From a virus (taxonomy: Duplodnaviria; Caudoviricetes), in the IMG/VR virus record IMGVR_UViG_3300042334_000377, positions 2,934 to 66,933 of that record: 64,000 nt of DNA; one strand, written 5' to 3'. Within the stretch, counting starts at the first letter, position 1, and each line of letters starts with the position of its first letter. The notes below the pieces were generated by a model, which worked only from the letters and a program-made list of their open reading frames with translations, was not told the DNA's origin and made no database searches. Positions 1-8,424 of the stretch are shown here, piece after piece. The position numbers and the translations under genes were made by a program.

Positions 1-1
1 T

Positions 2-538
2 TAATTCTATATTATAAAACTCTGATTGATCTGGAATTTGATATACCATAAATAGATCATCTTCATCATCATTCATTTGCTCGTCAATACTTAAGAATAT
101 AGAATTAAAAAACATTGCAACTAACTTATGATCGTTCTCGCTGTTTTTTCTGATTTCTAATAATTTGTATTCTGGTATCTTTATACTACCTCGATTAATA
201 TCGATAGTTCTGCGTATTGCTCCTTTAATTCTTTTAGATAAAAAAGATTTAATTGTACTTTCTTGATTTGTACTGTATTTAATTGTATCCCAATCTATTC
301 TATCAATAGCTTGTATAAGGCCAATTGAGCCGCTTTGTATAAGATCTGTAATATCTAATACTCCACATGCTTGTGTAGTTGTAGAAAACTTTTTAGCAAT
401 GCTATCAACTAACGGTAAAAATAAAACAATCAATTTATCTCTAGAATATAAGCTATAATCTTGCTTAACAGTATCTTTATTGAATTGCTGAATGTCTTCT
501 TTGTACCTTATGTAGTTTTGTATGTTATAACTTTTCAT
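2..538 (-). CDS. Phage-encoded sigma-70 family factor (3' end runs off the window; not in ORF track)
   Basis: Manual translation from ATG at 538: MKSYNIQNYIRYKED...LFLPLVDSIAKKF...DITDLIQSGSIGLIQAIDRID...FLSKRIKGAIRRTIDINRGSIKIPE, matching sigma region 2.1-3.0 (DLIQxGxIGL, IxIP). Confidence 0.85.
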   Translation of the reverse strand, partial: MKSYNIQNYIRYKEDIQQFNKDTVKQDYSLYSRDKLIVLFLPLVDSIAKKFSTTTQACGVLDITDLIQSGSIGLIQAIDRIDWDTIKYSTNQESTIKSFLSKRIKGAIRRTIDINRGSIKIPEYKLLEIRKNSENDHKLVAMFFNSIFLSIDEQMNDDEDDLFMVYQIPDQSEFYNIEL

Positions 539-708
539 TATTGTAAAAATATTTTAAGGGTTTTACCACTATCTTGTACGGCTAATTCTATATTATTGAA
601 ATGGCCAAGTTCTGCATATAATGTTAATAAACGGCCAATAGCCATATCATTCTTTGCATGGTTTATTACTTCTACTCTATTTATTATTGTTTCATCTATT
701 TCTTTCAT
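538..708 (-). CDS. Small hypothetical protein (56 aa)
   Basis: MKEIDETIINRVEVINH...; ATGA and TAATG overlaps with both neighbours. Confidence 0.7.
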   Translation of the reverse strand: MKEIDETIINRVEVINHAKNDMAIGRLLTLYAELGHFNNIELAVQDSGKTLKIFLQ

Positions 709-1325
709 AACGATTGATTTAATAATTCTTTTTCTTTTTTAAGTTCATTACTCATATTGCGATGTATTGTTCTGCTGGTACACCCAAAATGATCGGCTAA
801 TTTTTTAATTGTAATTTTTATATTTAGATCATGTGTGTATAGCATTGCATCATAAATATCAGACTCAGTAACTTTTTTAGTTTTACCAATCATTTGCCCT
901 ACAATAGATAACTTTTCATTTAATGTTAATCCACTGTTGTCCTTAAATATAATCTTGCGAGTTTTATTATAAGGAGGTTCATCAAGGTCTTTTAAAGACA
1001 CATCGTACATCATGCTCTGTAATAATTGTTCACTAACATTAAATGTTATAAAGCCATTTTTTTTATTACATACATGCCTAACTATAGACTCAAACTCGTT
1101 TTGATCTAAAGAAGGATTCAAATACCAAAGTACATACAAATGCCATTTAAGAGATTTGTATGTAGGTATCTTTGCTTTACTTCTAAACAATTCATAACAT
1201 TCAGTAGTGCCCTCTTCATAGAAAGAACCCCACTCATGTTGTTGTGTTGGTTTATCATTAATAGGTCCACGTCTGTATATCACTCTTTTTTTGTTTAAAT
1301 ATTCTAAATTTCTATCATATGACAT
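705..1325 (-). CDS. DNA-binding protein with C-terminal HTH; possibly replication-initiator-like
   Basis: C-terminal ITIKKLADHFGCTSRTIHRN is a classic HTH; start codon lies inside an inverted repeat. Confidence 0.65.
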   Translation of the reverse strand: MSYDRNLEYLNKKRVIYRRGPINDKPTQQHEWGSFYEEGTTECYELFRSKAKIPTYKSLKWHLYVLWYLNPSLDQNEFESIVRHVCNKKNGFITFNVSEQLLQSMMYDVSLKDLDEPPYNKTRKIIFKDNSGLTLNEKLSIVGQMIGKTKKVTESDIYDAMLYTHDLNIKITIKKLADHFGCTSRTIHRNMSNELKKEKELLNQSL

Positions 1326-1365
1326 TAGCTTACTATTTTATTATATTAAGGACCTAACGTCACAT
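1317..1365. promoter_or_regulatory. Inverted-repeat site 1 (12-N25-12), overlapping the start codon of the HTH gene
   Basis: ATATGACATTAG-N25-CTAACGTCACAT. Confidence 0.75.
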
Positions 1366-1377
1366 ATTGCTCTAGCC

Positions 1378-1587
1378 CTAATCCCTTTTTATATTATTCT
1401 TCAAATCATCTATTTGAACTTGCACCTTAGCTGCTTTTAAATATTCCTCTCTGTCTATATATCCAGACTTTAATAGATTTAATCTAACAATTTCCTGTAC
1501 AATATTCTGGCTATCCCACTCTTTTTGCTGGGCTAACATCTTTTGGAATACTAATTCCGCTATTCTTTCACACTCTTCGTTTGTCAT
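1378..1587 (-). CDS. Hypothetical protein, UVR-like coiled C-terminus
   Basis: ORF track; EEYLKAAKVQVQI resembles the UvrB/C motif. Confidence 0.55.
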   Translation of the reverse strand: MTNEECERIAELVFQKMLAQQKEWDSQNIVQEIVRLNLLKSGYIDREEYLKAAKVQVQIDDLKNNIKRD

Positions 1588-1607
1588 AATATTTATTTTA
1601 ATTTTGA

Positions 1608-1653
1608 TACTTTACATATTATAAAGCTTTTACTTTACATATTATAAAGCTTT
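1608..1653. repeat. Perfect 23-bp tandem repeat x2
   Basis: TACTTTACATATTATAAAGCTTT twice, followed by a partial third copy running into the promoter motif. Confidence 0.85.
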
Positions 1654-1657
1654 TGCC

Positions 1658-1700
1658 TTACATTTTTATTATCAATTATTGTTCGTATCAAGACTGTAAG
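1658..1700 (-). promoter_or_regulatory. Early promoter-like motif, copy 1
   Basis: CTTACAGTCTTGATACGAACAATAATTGATAATAAAAATGTAA. Confidence 0.8.
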
Positions 1701-1701
1701 T

Positions 1702-1965
1702 CTACATATTTAGATTACCACGATTAAAATGAACTTCTTTATCCATTTGCTCGTAATATTCTTGCGTGGTAAAATTAGCTTTAATAGCTTCTGCTTTTTT
1801 AAGATTAGCTTTAAGTCTTAAAAACTCAGCCTCAGTATGGTTTCTTTCGCTTAGGCATCGATCACAGTACAAATCATTAGTAGGTTTGCCTACAGTAATA
1901 ATTGTTCTGCATAAATGACAAAGGGTTGCCCCCATGCCATTATTAAATTTGTGGATCGGTTTCAT
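1702..1965 (-). CDS. Small Zn-ribbon protein
   Basis: CHLC...CDRC. Confidence 0.65.
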   Translation of the reverse strand: MKPIHKFNNGMGATLCHLCRTIITVGKPTNDLYCDRCLSERNHTEAEFLRLKANLKKAEAIKANFTTQEYYEQMDKEVHFNRGNLNM

Positions 1966-2215
1966 TTTCTTTTTCTTTTAAAAATTTTTTTGCATCTCCT
2001 ATAGTATATATTCCTTGTGCTGAATTATCTAAAGAAAATATTCTAGTATCATCAGACAATCTACTTGATAATGGATTCAACCATCTACTATATCCTCCTC
2101 TAAAAAATACTTTTTCAAAGAATGAAGTATCTATGTAATCATATAACTCGCCATCTTTATCTACTAACTTACTTAACTCTACCTGCCGTTGAGGTATTCC
2201 AAATGTTGTACTCAT
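1943..2215 (-). CDS. Hypothetical protein
   Basis: ORF track, operon context. Confidence 0.65.
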   Translation of the reverse strand: MSTTFGIPQRQVELSKLVDKDGELYDYIDTSFFEKVFFRGGYSRWLNPLSSRLSDDTRIFSLDNSAQGIYTIGDAKKFLKEKENETDPQI

Positions 2216-2228
2216 ATATTATTTCTTT

Positions 2229-2456
2229 TTAAATTGTTCTAATTAATCTTCTTGCTTCTGCATCAGATAAGGTTGCTCTTAATTTTTGCAGAAATTCTGA
2301 CTTGCCTATTTGTTCTTGTTGCCATTTAGCACCATCTTCAAATATTAATCTATCTCCTATATTTTGAAATTTTCTTTCAACAACTTCTTCAAGTGTTTCA
2401 GGCCCACAATCGCAATACGTAGTATGGCCGCAATAACATTTAGTTTCTTCTTTCAT
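2229..2456 (-). CDS. Hypothetical protein with Cys-rich N-terminus
   Basis: CYCGHTTYCDC; ATGA overlap with upstream gene. Confidence 0.65.
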   Translation of the reverse strand: MKEETKCYCGHTTYCDCGPETLEEVVERKFQNIGDRLIFEDGAKWQQEQIGKSEFLQKLRATLSDAEARRLIRTI

Positions 2457-3130
2457 ATTTCAAATATATTACCATTACTAGTTAATTTTCCAAATTTGCC
2501 ATCAGTTACTACTGATCCGTTACTAAACCATGTATCGTATGCGCTTAGTTTTAACATTCCTGCATTAATAATATCTTTGCAGTTATGTATGTGCCCAAAT
2601 AAATGGTACGCAGGTTGCATCTCTAATACTACATTTAATAAAGACTTATCGCCACAAGGTTCCATATTATTAAGACGATCAAAAGACTTGTCTAAAATGC
2701 CTTTAGGCGGCCCGTGTGTAACAATAATGTCACAAGGTTCGTGTATAGCATTGCGCCAGAATCGATCTAGTTTATTGCGATCTTTCATGAATGCCCATTG
2801 ACCAAACTGAGGCGTATGGGGTGACCCAAATATTTTAATGCCGTCAATATCTATATAGTCATTCTCTAAGTAATGTATGTTGTACCCAGAAAAATCTATT
2901 TTTTTAACTAAGCCTTTTTCAATAGAGGTATCATGATTACCTGCTACATAAATCTTATGCTCAATAGGTAATGATTTGTACCAATGAATAAATTCTTTAA
3001 CTTCAGGCTCATTGTTGTATGGATCTCTAGGATTACTACAATCGCCAGAATGTATTACCATATCAATATCCTTAGGTATAGTTAGTAAGTCGTGATACCC
3101 GTGAGTATCTGAAATGTGCCATATTTTCAT
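2453..3130 (-). CDS. Calcineurin-like metallophosphoesterase
   Basis: SDTHG, HSGD, GNHD, THGPP and GHIH motifs. Confidence 0.92.
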   Translation of the reverse strand: MKIWHISDTHGYHDLLTIPKDIDMVIHSGDCSNPRDPYNNEPEVKEFIHWYKSLPIEHKIYVAGNHDTSIEKGLVKKIDFSGYNIHYLENDYIDIDGIKIFGSPHTPQFGQWAFMKDRNKLDRFWRNAIHEPCDIIVTHGPPKGILDKSFDRLNNMEPCGDKSLLNVVLEMQPAYHLFGHIHNCKDIINAGMLKLSAYDTWFSNGSVVTDGKFGKLTSNGNIFEI

Positions 3131-3342
3131 AATTTATTATCTTGTTCTATTAATTGGAATATATAACTCCATACTTTTATTTCTCTTCTATGTGATGCAA
3201 TCATGTCGTCTACTGTATCAGAATTTATACCCCAATCAAGATATTTAGTCATATCCTCTCGTAATAAGCACTCTAATTTAGATCCAACTTTATTACTCGC
3301 TAAATCGTTTAAATAATCTTTATCAAAAACATCATTTTCCAT
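3127..3342 (-). CDS. Hypothetical protein
   Basis: ORF track, coupled to neighbours. Confidence 0.6.
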   Translation of the reverse strand: MENDVFDKDYLNDLASNKVGSKLECLLREDMTKYLDWGINSDTVDDMIASHRREIKVWSYIFQLIEQDNKL

Positions 3343-3343
3343 A

Positions 3344-3592
3344 TTATCCTAATTTATCAGGGTCTATATTATATTCAGTTAACAATTCGCTTATTTTATC
3401 AAACACTAAATAAACACCATCATGAGCATCCATCTCTTTGCCGTTTGCATGGTCACGATCAAGATCCCATTCACATTTTTTTCTTACGTTATGAGTTAAT
3501 TCCCATAATAAACCAGCCATGTCGGGTGCCATGTTGTGTATAGCAAACTCATAGCTATCGTCTGGTAACTTAAATTTAATTGTCGCTTTCAT
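3344..3592 (-). CDS. Hypothetical protein
   Basis: ORF track, coupled to neighbours. Confidence 0.65.
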   Translation of the reverse strand: MKATIKFKLPDDSYEFAIHNMAPDMAGLLWELTHNVRKKCEWDLDRDHANGKEMDAHDGVYLVFDKISELLTEYNIDPDKLG

Positions 3593-3593
3593 A

Positions 3594-4067
3594 TTAGTTA
3601 GGTCGTGTTCTTATTTCTTCATTACTATTTCGGATTTTTACTTTTTCAGCTTCGTAATAATTCCAGTAAGCAGCTACGCTATCGCCAGGAACTTTGTATT
3701 CATCAGGCATACATTGGGGCATTGGCGTAGAAGCTAAATTTATCATTTTCTTTGGTATATCGCCTAAACATTCTTCACATTTTGTTATAGTTAAATGTTT
3801 TTTACCATAACGTTTAGTATACTCTTCGCCAAGCGCTAGCATATGAAAGTACAACCACGCATAATTATCGGCAGACTCTCGTGCCCATATAGCTGACGGG
3901 TGATTTTTATGAGTTGCTTTATATGGTACATCTGCATTATCGCCATCTAGTACAATATGCGCAGTGCATAATAATTGCGCAGATTCTAAGATCATTTTTA
4001 CAACGTGCTTGTTATACATCATTGTAGCTGCTTTATCAGGGTCTTTGTCTAAATAGAATATATTCAT
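3594..4067 (-). CDS. Pyrimidine-dimer DNA glycosylase-like protein (DenV-related phage family)
   Basis: MNIFYLD...KHVVKMILESAQLL...THKNHPSAIW...PQCMPDEYK...AYWNYY signature. Confidence 0.75.
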   Translation of the reverse strand: MNIFYLDKDPDKAATMMYNKHVVKMILESAQLLCTAHIVLDGDNADVPYKATHKNHPSAIWARESADNYAWLYFHMLALGEEYTKRYGKKHLTITKCEECLGDIPKKMINLASTPMPQCMPDEYKVPGDSVAAYWNYYEAEKVKIRNSNEEIRTRPN

Positions 4068-4261
4068 AGTTTTTGTATTTCATGTTTAATATTATAGTGA
4101 TACTTAGATGCAGTGGCTTTTGTTAATTCATCAACAACTTTCATAGCACACATTTTACTTATAATCCAGCCATGTTTATCATACTCATCATTTAAAGTAT
4201 GCTCTAATCTATGGTAAAAATACCATACTAAATTTAATGCTTCTTCTTTAGGTTCCATAAT
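4064..4261 (-). CDS. Hypothetical protein, paralogous to 10025-10240 (likely start MEPKEEA)
   Basis: Shared pattern PKExAxxL...CA...DE...KxEIxxL. Confidence 0.6.
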   Translation of the reverse strand: MMEPKEEALNLVWYFYHRLEHTLNDEYDKHGWIISKMCAMKVVDELTKATASKYHYNIKHEIQKL

Positions 4262-4842
4262 TAAAAATTGTTTTTTACTGCGTTCCACACTATAGCTTGG
4301 TACTCGTAACCGTTTAAGCCTCGTTGTTTAGCTTTTTCGATTGTTAATAATCTTATTTGATCATAGGCTTTTCTGCTTGGATTAGTTTTTATAGTTTTAC
4401 CAAAGCAAGCGCGCAAATGCCAAACATCAACTGTAATATAATTGTTATCTAATTTTGCAATATTGTTAACAAAGCTAAATGTTTTTAAACTTTTATCAGT
4501 AATAGAGGTTTGCTCTTTACCTAATAAAAAGGCTTTTTCTTTGTTTCGGTTAAACGTACATACTTTAACTTGATCAGGCTCGAGGCCAGCGTGTATAGCA
4601 TCAAGTACCGTTTTGGTATCTTTAATATTTTGTGGCCAACGATTACGTGGTGACAATGCACTAATGATACTCGCAACGGTTTCTAGCTTAGTATTATACC
4701 GCTCAGCAAGATCTTTACATATATAATGCGCTTGCTTATACCATGCAATACCGTTATCAATATCTTTATCGGTTGCTAATGAGAAGTAATTATCTAAATT
4801 TTTATTTACTTCCGCTAATTGTTTAGTTGTTAATTCTTTCAT
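4261..4842 (-). CDS. Conserved phage protein, possibly HhH-GPD glycosylase-like
   Basis: WY...SALSPRNRW...KTFSF...ITVDVWHLRA...QAIVW. Confidence 0.55.
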   Translation of the reverse strand: MKELTTKQLAEVNKNLDNYFSLATDKDIDNGIAWYKQAHYICKDLAERYNTKLETVASIISALSPRNRWPQNIKDTKTVLDAIHAGLEPDQVKVCTFNRNKEKAFLLGKEQTSITDKSLKTFSFVNNIAKLDNNYITVDVWHLRACFGKTIKTNPSRKAYDQIRLLTIEKAKQRGLNGYEYQAIVWNAVKNNF

Positions 4843-4852
4843 ATTTGTTGTT

Positions 4853-4895
4853 TTACATATATATTATCATTCTTTAATCGTATCAAGACTGTAAG
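4853..4895 (-). promoter_or_regulatory. Early promoter-like motif, copy 2
   Basis: CTTACAGTCTTGATACGATTAAAGAATGATAATATATATGTAA. Confidence 0.8.
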
Positions 4896-5019
4896 CAATT
4901 AATTTCTTATTATGCTTGTGTAAGCGGTTGTCTCTGCAATAAGAACAACTACCATTGTTTCTGCAGGATCTATCAAACACTCTTGATTTCCTGTACGCTT
5001 GTTTTACTGTTCTGCTCAT
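4867..5019 (-). CDS. Small basic Cys/His protein (likely start MSRTVK)
   Basis: DRSCRNNGSCSYCRDNRLH; the longer ORF-track start overlaps a tRNA-like gene. Confidence 0.65.
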   Translation of the reverse strand: MSRTVKQAYRKSRVFDRSCRNNGSCSYCRDNRLHKHNKKLIAYSLDTIKE

Positions 5020-5033
5020 AATATTTAATTTAG

Positions 5034-5157
5034 TAGTCAGGACAGGATTCGAACCTGTAAGCTCCCGCACTTCTGCGTTGATCAATTTTTTGTTTAATGT
5101 GAGGATCGCTTAACCTCAGTACAGTTTTTTAGCGTCTACCAATTCCGCCACCTGACT
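5034..5157 (-). tRNA. Leu-type tRNA-like RNA with expanded, non-canonical anticodon region (124 nt)
   Basis: Acceptor AGTCAGG/CCTGACT+A, D arm TGGCGGAATTGGTAGACGC, T arm ACAGG-TTCGAAT-CCTGT; ~70-nt interior with no canonical anticodon arm. Confidence 0.7.
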
Positions 5158-5209
5158 TAGCTTCTATTGACTTTATCAGTGTCAACACTTTACACAGCTT
5201 AGCTATTAG

Positions 5210-5298
5210 GAACTAAAAGGGGAATCGAACCCCTTAACCCGTCGGTTGTGACAATGCCCGGAGACTGAAACAGATCCATTTAGCCCAGCACTTAGTTC
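5210..5298 (-). tRNA. Degenerate tRNA-like RNA (His-like G-1:C73 acceptor; TTGTCAC loop on a poor stem)
   Basis: GAACTAAG/TTTAGTTC acceptor, T arm AGGGG-TTCGATT-CCCCT. Confidence 0.55.
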
Positions 5299-5299
5299 T

Positions 5300-5668
5300 T
5301 TATTAATCCGGGGACCGGTTATTTTCTTTATCCCATATTTCGGTTGCAACCAGCTAGCTAAGCCCGGTATAACTTCACACAACCCCGAGTGATTAACATT
5401 TCGACCGGGGTCACCCCAATCCCATTCACATCCGCTCCCAGGTTAATGCCTGCCCGCTTTATTACCTCGTTAACTTAGGCGCGTTGTTCGTCTCGGATGA
5501 TTTCTTATTCAGCATTACGTACTGTTTCCCACGTTCCAACCTTGGTCTTGCAGGGTTACTGGTTTGTTGATCTTACTATTAACCCTTTTTCTATGTTATC
5601 AACCTAACAGCGAGCATTGGAATTTACACGGCCTCTATACCACTCATGTGAGACAACCGTGTATAGCA
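5300..5668 (-). ncRNA. Putative large structured ncRNA (~370 nt)
   Basis: GC-rich interval with no ORF-track call and at least six complementary helices, including crossing pairings. Confidence 0.65.
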
Positions 5669-5669
5669 A

Positions 5670-5906
5670 TTATACCGTAACAACTTTCTTAAATCTGTAG
5701 AAAGCTAAGATATATTTGTTTAAGAATTTACCTTTAGACGAGGCTTCTCTTAAACCATTCATTACGTGAGTTGGTACATTGAAGTACTCATACTCTCTAC
5801 CGTTTTTAAACAGTACAAATAGTCTTTCGACATTAGGATAGTAAGACACTTCAAAGATAGCGCTACTATCAACCGTTAGTGTTTCCACCAAGTTTACATT
5901 AGTCAT
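5670..5906 (-). CDS. KTSC domain protein
   Basis: VDSSAIFEVSY...LFVLFKNGREYEYFNVP...ASSKGKFLNKYI. Confidence 0.9.
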   Translation of the reverse strand: MTNVNLVETLTVDSSAIFEVSYYPNVERLFVLFKNGREYEYFNVPTHVMNGLREASSKGKFLNKYILAFYRFKKVVTV

Positions 5907-5928
5907 AGTTATTAAATTTAATTGTTAG

Positions 5929-5999
5929 TTGTCTTATAAGGATTCGAACCTAAACTGAATCAGTCAAAGTGATTAGTGCTACCGTTACACCATAAGACA
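5929..5999 (-). tRNA. tRNA-Gln(UUG)
   Basis: Cloverleaf: TGTCTTA/TAAGACA acceptor, AATCA-CTTTGAC-TGATT anticodon arm, TTCGAAT T loop; CCA not encoded. Confidence 0.9.
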
Positions 6000-6004
6000 C
6001 GTGG

Positions 6005-6259
6005 TTAATCTAGCAATACCATATAGGCGTCGCCATTGGCTCGTCTGAACCAATTCATCGCTTTATTAAAGGTTGCATCATACTTATTTAACATAACACA
6101 ACCCATAATATAATCATACATACTTAATTCAGCGGCTGTTAATTCAATACTTTCATGACTAAAAGGGTTCATTACCATTCCGCCATTAGTATATAACATA
6201 CCATTAAACCATTTAGGCAATGGCTGATCTTCTGTTTTATTCTTTCTAAGATCTATCAT
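6005..6259 (-). CDS. Conserved small phage protein
   Basis: NPFS...L...ELSMYDYIMG...WFRRAN..AYMVLLD. Confidence 0.7.
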   Translation of the reverse strand: MIDLRKNKTEDQPLPKWFNGMLYTNGGMVMNPFSHESIELTAAELSMYDYIMGCVMLNKYDATFNKAMNWFRRANGDAYMVLLD

Positions 6260-6666
6260 TATTCTTCAGTATTAGTTATTAATTTACCAAATGATTCTTG
6301 AAATTTATCTAATAATATATCAGATAATTCATCAGTTACAGCGTCAGAATTAAAGTCAATATTTTCTATTTCAATTGTATTGTGGTAGTTAATACTGAAC
6401 TCAGCGCTTGAATAATCATGTATGTCAACATCGCCTCGGTTTATTCTGTTTTCTAGTTCTCTGGTTACACTTTCGCTAAAGTTTTGAAAGTCCATTTCAG
6501 TAATTGGAGTAGCATTTGCATTAGACAAAGCCTCAGCGGTTTCAGTTAATACAGTAGTTCGCAATGAACTTAATAGATTAACAACATCGTCTTTAGAAAA
6601 GATACTTGGATAAGCATCTATAGTTTTTGTAATTTCCTGGTCAAACAGGTTGTTTATTTTATCCAT
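6259..6666 (-). CDS. Acidic hypothetical protein (possible DNA mimic / anti-defence)
   Basis: Strongly D/E-rich, first gene after promoter copy 3. Confidence 0.6.
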   Translation of the reverse strand: MDKINNLFDQEITKTIDAYPSIFSKDDVVNLLSSLRTTVLTETAEALSNANATPITEMDFQNFSESVTRELENRINRGDVDIHDYSSAEFSINYHNTIEIENIDFNSDAVTDELSDILLDKFQESFGKLITNTEE

Positions 6667-6684
6667 TTTATTAAATTTTATTGG

Positions 6685-6727
6685 TTACATTTATATTATC
6701 AATTATTGTTCGTATTCGGACTGTAAG
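6685..6727 (-). promoter_or_regulatory. Early promoter-like motif, copy 3
   Basis: CTTACAGTCCGAATACGAACAATAATTGATAATATAAATGTAA. Confidence 0.8.
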
Positions 6728-6924
6728 ATTCCATTTTCTTCAACAACTTCGCAGAATAAGGTGTATAGTAAACTTTCTATTTGCTGCAATCTATGTAATT
6801 GATGTACGGTTAAAAGCGATCTTTCTATTCTAAAATCCGTATTTAGGTTTTCTTCAATTGTTAATGTTCCTTCAAAGACTGCTAGCTTAATTAAATCTAG
6901 TTCTTTATCGCTTAGTACTTTCAT
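6703..6924 (-). CDS. Hypothetical protein
   Basis: ORF track. Confidence 0.6.
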   Translation of the reverse strand: MKVLSDKELDLIKLAVFEGTLTIEENLNTDFRIERSLLTVHQLHRLQQIESLLYTLFCEVVEENGILQSEYEQ

Positions 6925-7074
6925 ATATTTTTATTTCTAATGCATTGTTAAACACTCGATCGTATGCTTCTGCCATTTTATTATTATCGGCATAGTGTAC
7001 AGTCCTTACTATTTCTCGCATCCACACTTCGAATGCTAATGCTTCTTGATGAGCTAATCTTTCTTTTGTCATAA

Positions 7075-7317
7075 TTAATCTGTTAAAACTATTCTTAATG
7101 ATCCATCTTCGTTTTCGCCAGTAAAATTACCAGTTGATTCATTGTATACTAATACTATATCAAAAGCTTTAGCTACTTTAACGGCTGCAATGCCAATCTC
7201 GCCTTGTAATGTTAATTCGCCGCGTCTAGGATAATACTGTATACTATAGAATACTTCAAACTCTACTTGCTCATTTACATATCTTAATTTTTCTAATAAC
7301 CACATTCTTCTATCCAT
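7075..7317 (-). CDS. Hypothetical protein
   Basis: ORF track; follows promoter copy 4. Confidence 0.65.
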   Translation of the reverse strand: MDRRMWLLEKLRYVNEQVEFEVFYSIQYYPRRGELTLQGEIGIAAVKVAKAFDIVLVYNESTGNFTGENEDGSLRIVLTD

Positions 7318-7337
7318 CTTGTTATATTTTTTATTTG

Positions 7338-7380
7338 TTACATATATATTATCATTTGTTAATCGTATTTTGATTGTAAG
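7338..7380 (-). promoter_or_regulatory. Early promoter-like motif, copy 4
   Basis: CTTACAATCAAAATACGATTAACAAATGATAATATATATGTAA. Confidence 0.8.
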
Positions 7381-7599
7381 CTACTCAACTACTTTAATAA
7401 AGTTACCATCTTTTCCAAACAATAAAGTTAATTCAAACTTATGGTCTAGATATTCTATAATCTCTGATGGGTTGGCAAATTGCATGGCAATAGAGAATTG
7501 ATCAGGTGGTAGGTCTAAACCTTGCTCACGAGCATAAGTGTATAGCAAACTCATATCAAGTTGATTACTATTACGCATTTTAATATACTCTGCTTTCAT
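7381..7599 (-). CDS. Hypothetical protein
   Basis: ORF track, coupled operon. Confidence 0.65.
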   Translation of the reverse strand: MKAEYIKMRNSNQLDMSLLYTYAREQGLDLPPDQFSIAMQFANPSEIIEYLDHKFELTLLFGKDGNFIKVVE

Positions 7600-7790
7600 T
7601 ATTTTTGTTTTAAGGTTAATGCTTTAATCTTTTCGATTGTTTCAGATACAACCATGTCTACATAATCCGCAGTCATCAAAGCATTTTTACCTTGTGCTTC
7701 AACTTCTTTAATATCTTTCTTCCATTCATTTCGAATTGCATTCAATCCTTCGATTACTAAATAACTTTCAAATCCGTTTAATTTTTTCAT
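7599..7790 (-). CDS. Hypothetical protein
   Basis: ORF track, coupled operon. Confidence 0.65.
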   Translation of the reverse strand: MKKLNGFESYLVIEGLNAIRNEWKKDIKEVEAQGKNALMTADYVDMVVSETIEKIKALTLKQK

Positions 7791-7791
7791 A

Positions 7792-8040
7792 CTAATATTT
7801 ATCTTTAATTTCTGTTAATGTTAAGTGATAATGATTCCAATAACCGCTTCTACTGTGAGCTTTCGCTTTTGCACCAAAGGATGATTTCATTTTAGTCTTG
7901 ATTTGTTTATAGTCATTACTATTAAAACTCTTACAAAAGCCATCAATATTCACCGCATTTATACGGTTCGCTTTATTACGTGCTTTCTTTTCTTCAAGAT
8001 ATTGACACGCTTCTTTCATATTATTTGCTATTGTTATCAT
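7792..8040 (-). CDS. Hypothetical protein
   Basis: ORF track, coupled operon. Confidence 0.65.
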   Translation of the reverse strand: MITIANNMKEACQYLEEKKARNKANRINAVNIDGFCKSFNSNDYKQIKTKMKSSFGAKAKAHSRSGYWNHYHLTLTEIKDKY

Positions 8041-8041
8041 A

Positions 8042-8224
8042 TTATTTTATTAAAGTTAAACCTAATTCATTTGCCACATAATTCACATGCTTCGTAGTTG
8101 TTCTTGACCACCAACCCAATACTTTAAGGGTATCGCCATCTCTCCTTGCAACGATTGTAGAGTAACTCCATACGTCATTACCAACCATTCTTAAATTGTC
8201 TTTGTATCTATTGAACTTTCTCAT
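8042..8224 (-). CDS. Conserved small phage protein
   Basis: WSYSTIVA...WSRTTTKHVNY pattern. Confidence 0.7.
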   Translation of the reverse strand: MRKFNRYKDNLRMVGNDVWSYSTIVARRDGDTLKVLGWWSRTTTKHVNYVANELGLTLIK

Positions 8225-8225
8225 A

Positions 8226-8408
8226 TTACTTTTTGATTATGTAAGTTAAACCTTTAAAATTAAACCACTCGCTTGTGCCGTCGGATTCTTTATTAGCATC
8301 GTAGATAAAACCAAAACTTGGTGGTAGATCGCCGATTGAATAAGGTGTGTATAGCAAACCGTTTAATAAGATTTGATTGTACTTTAAGAATTTAATTGAA
8401 TTTGTCAT
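8226..8408 (-). CDS. Hypothetical protein
   Basis: ORF track; follows promoter copy 5. Confidence 0.65.
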   Translation of the reverse strand: MTNSIKFLKYNQILLNGLLYTPYSIGDLPPSFGFIYDANKESDGTSEWFNFKGLTYIIKK

Positions 8409-8424
8409 AGTTAATTTGTTTTAG

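Noticed and set aside
5300-5668. RNase P RNA, tmRNA or group I/II intron
   Set aside because: No GAGGAAAGUCC P4 motif, no Ala-type tRNA-like ends with tag ORF, no recognisable P7 or domain V motifs, and no interrupted gene.
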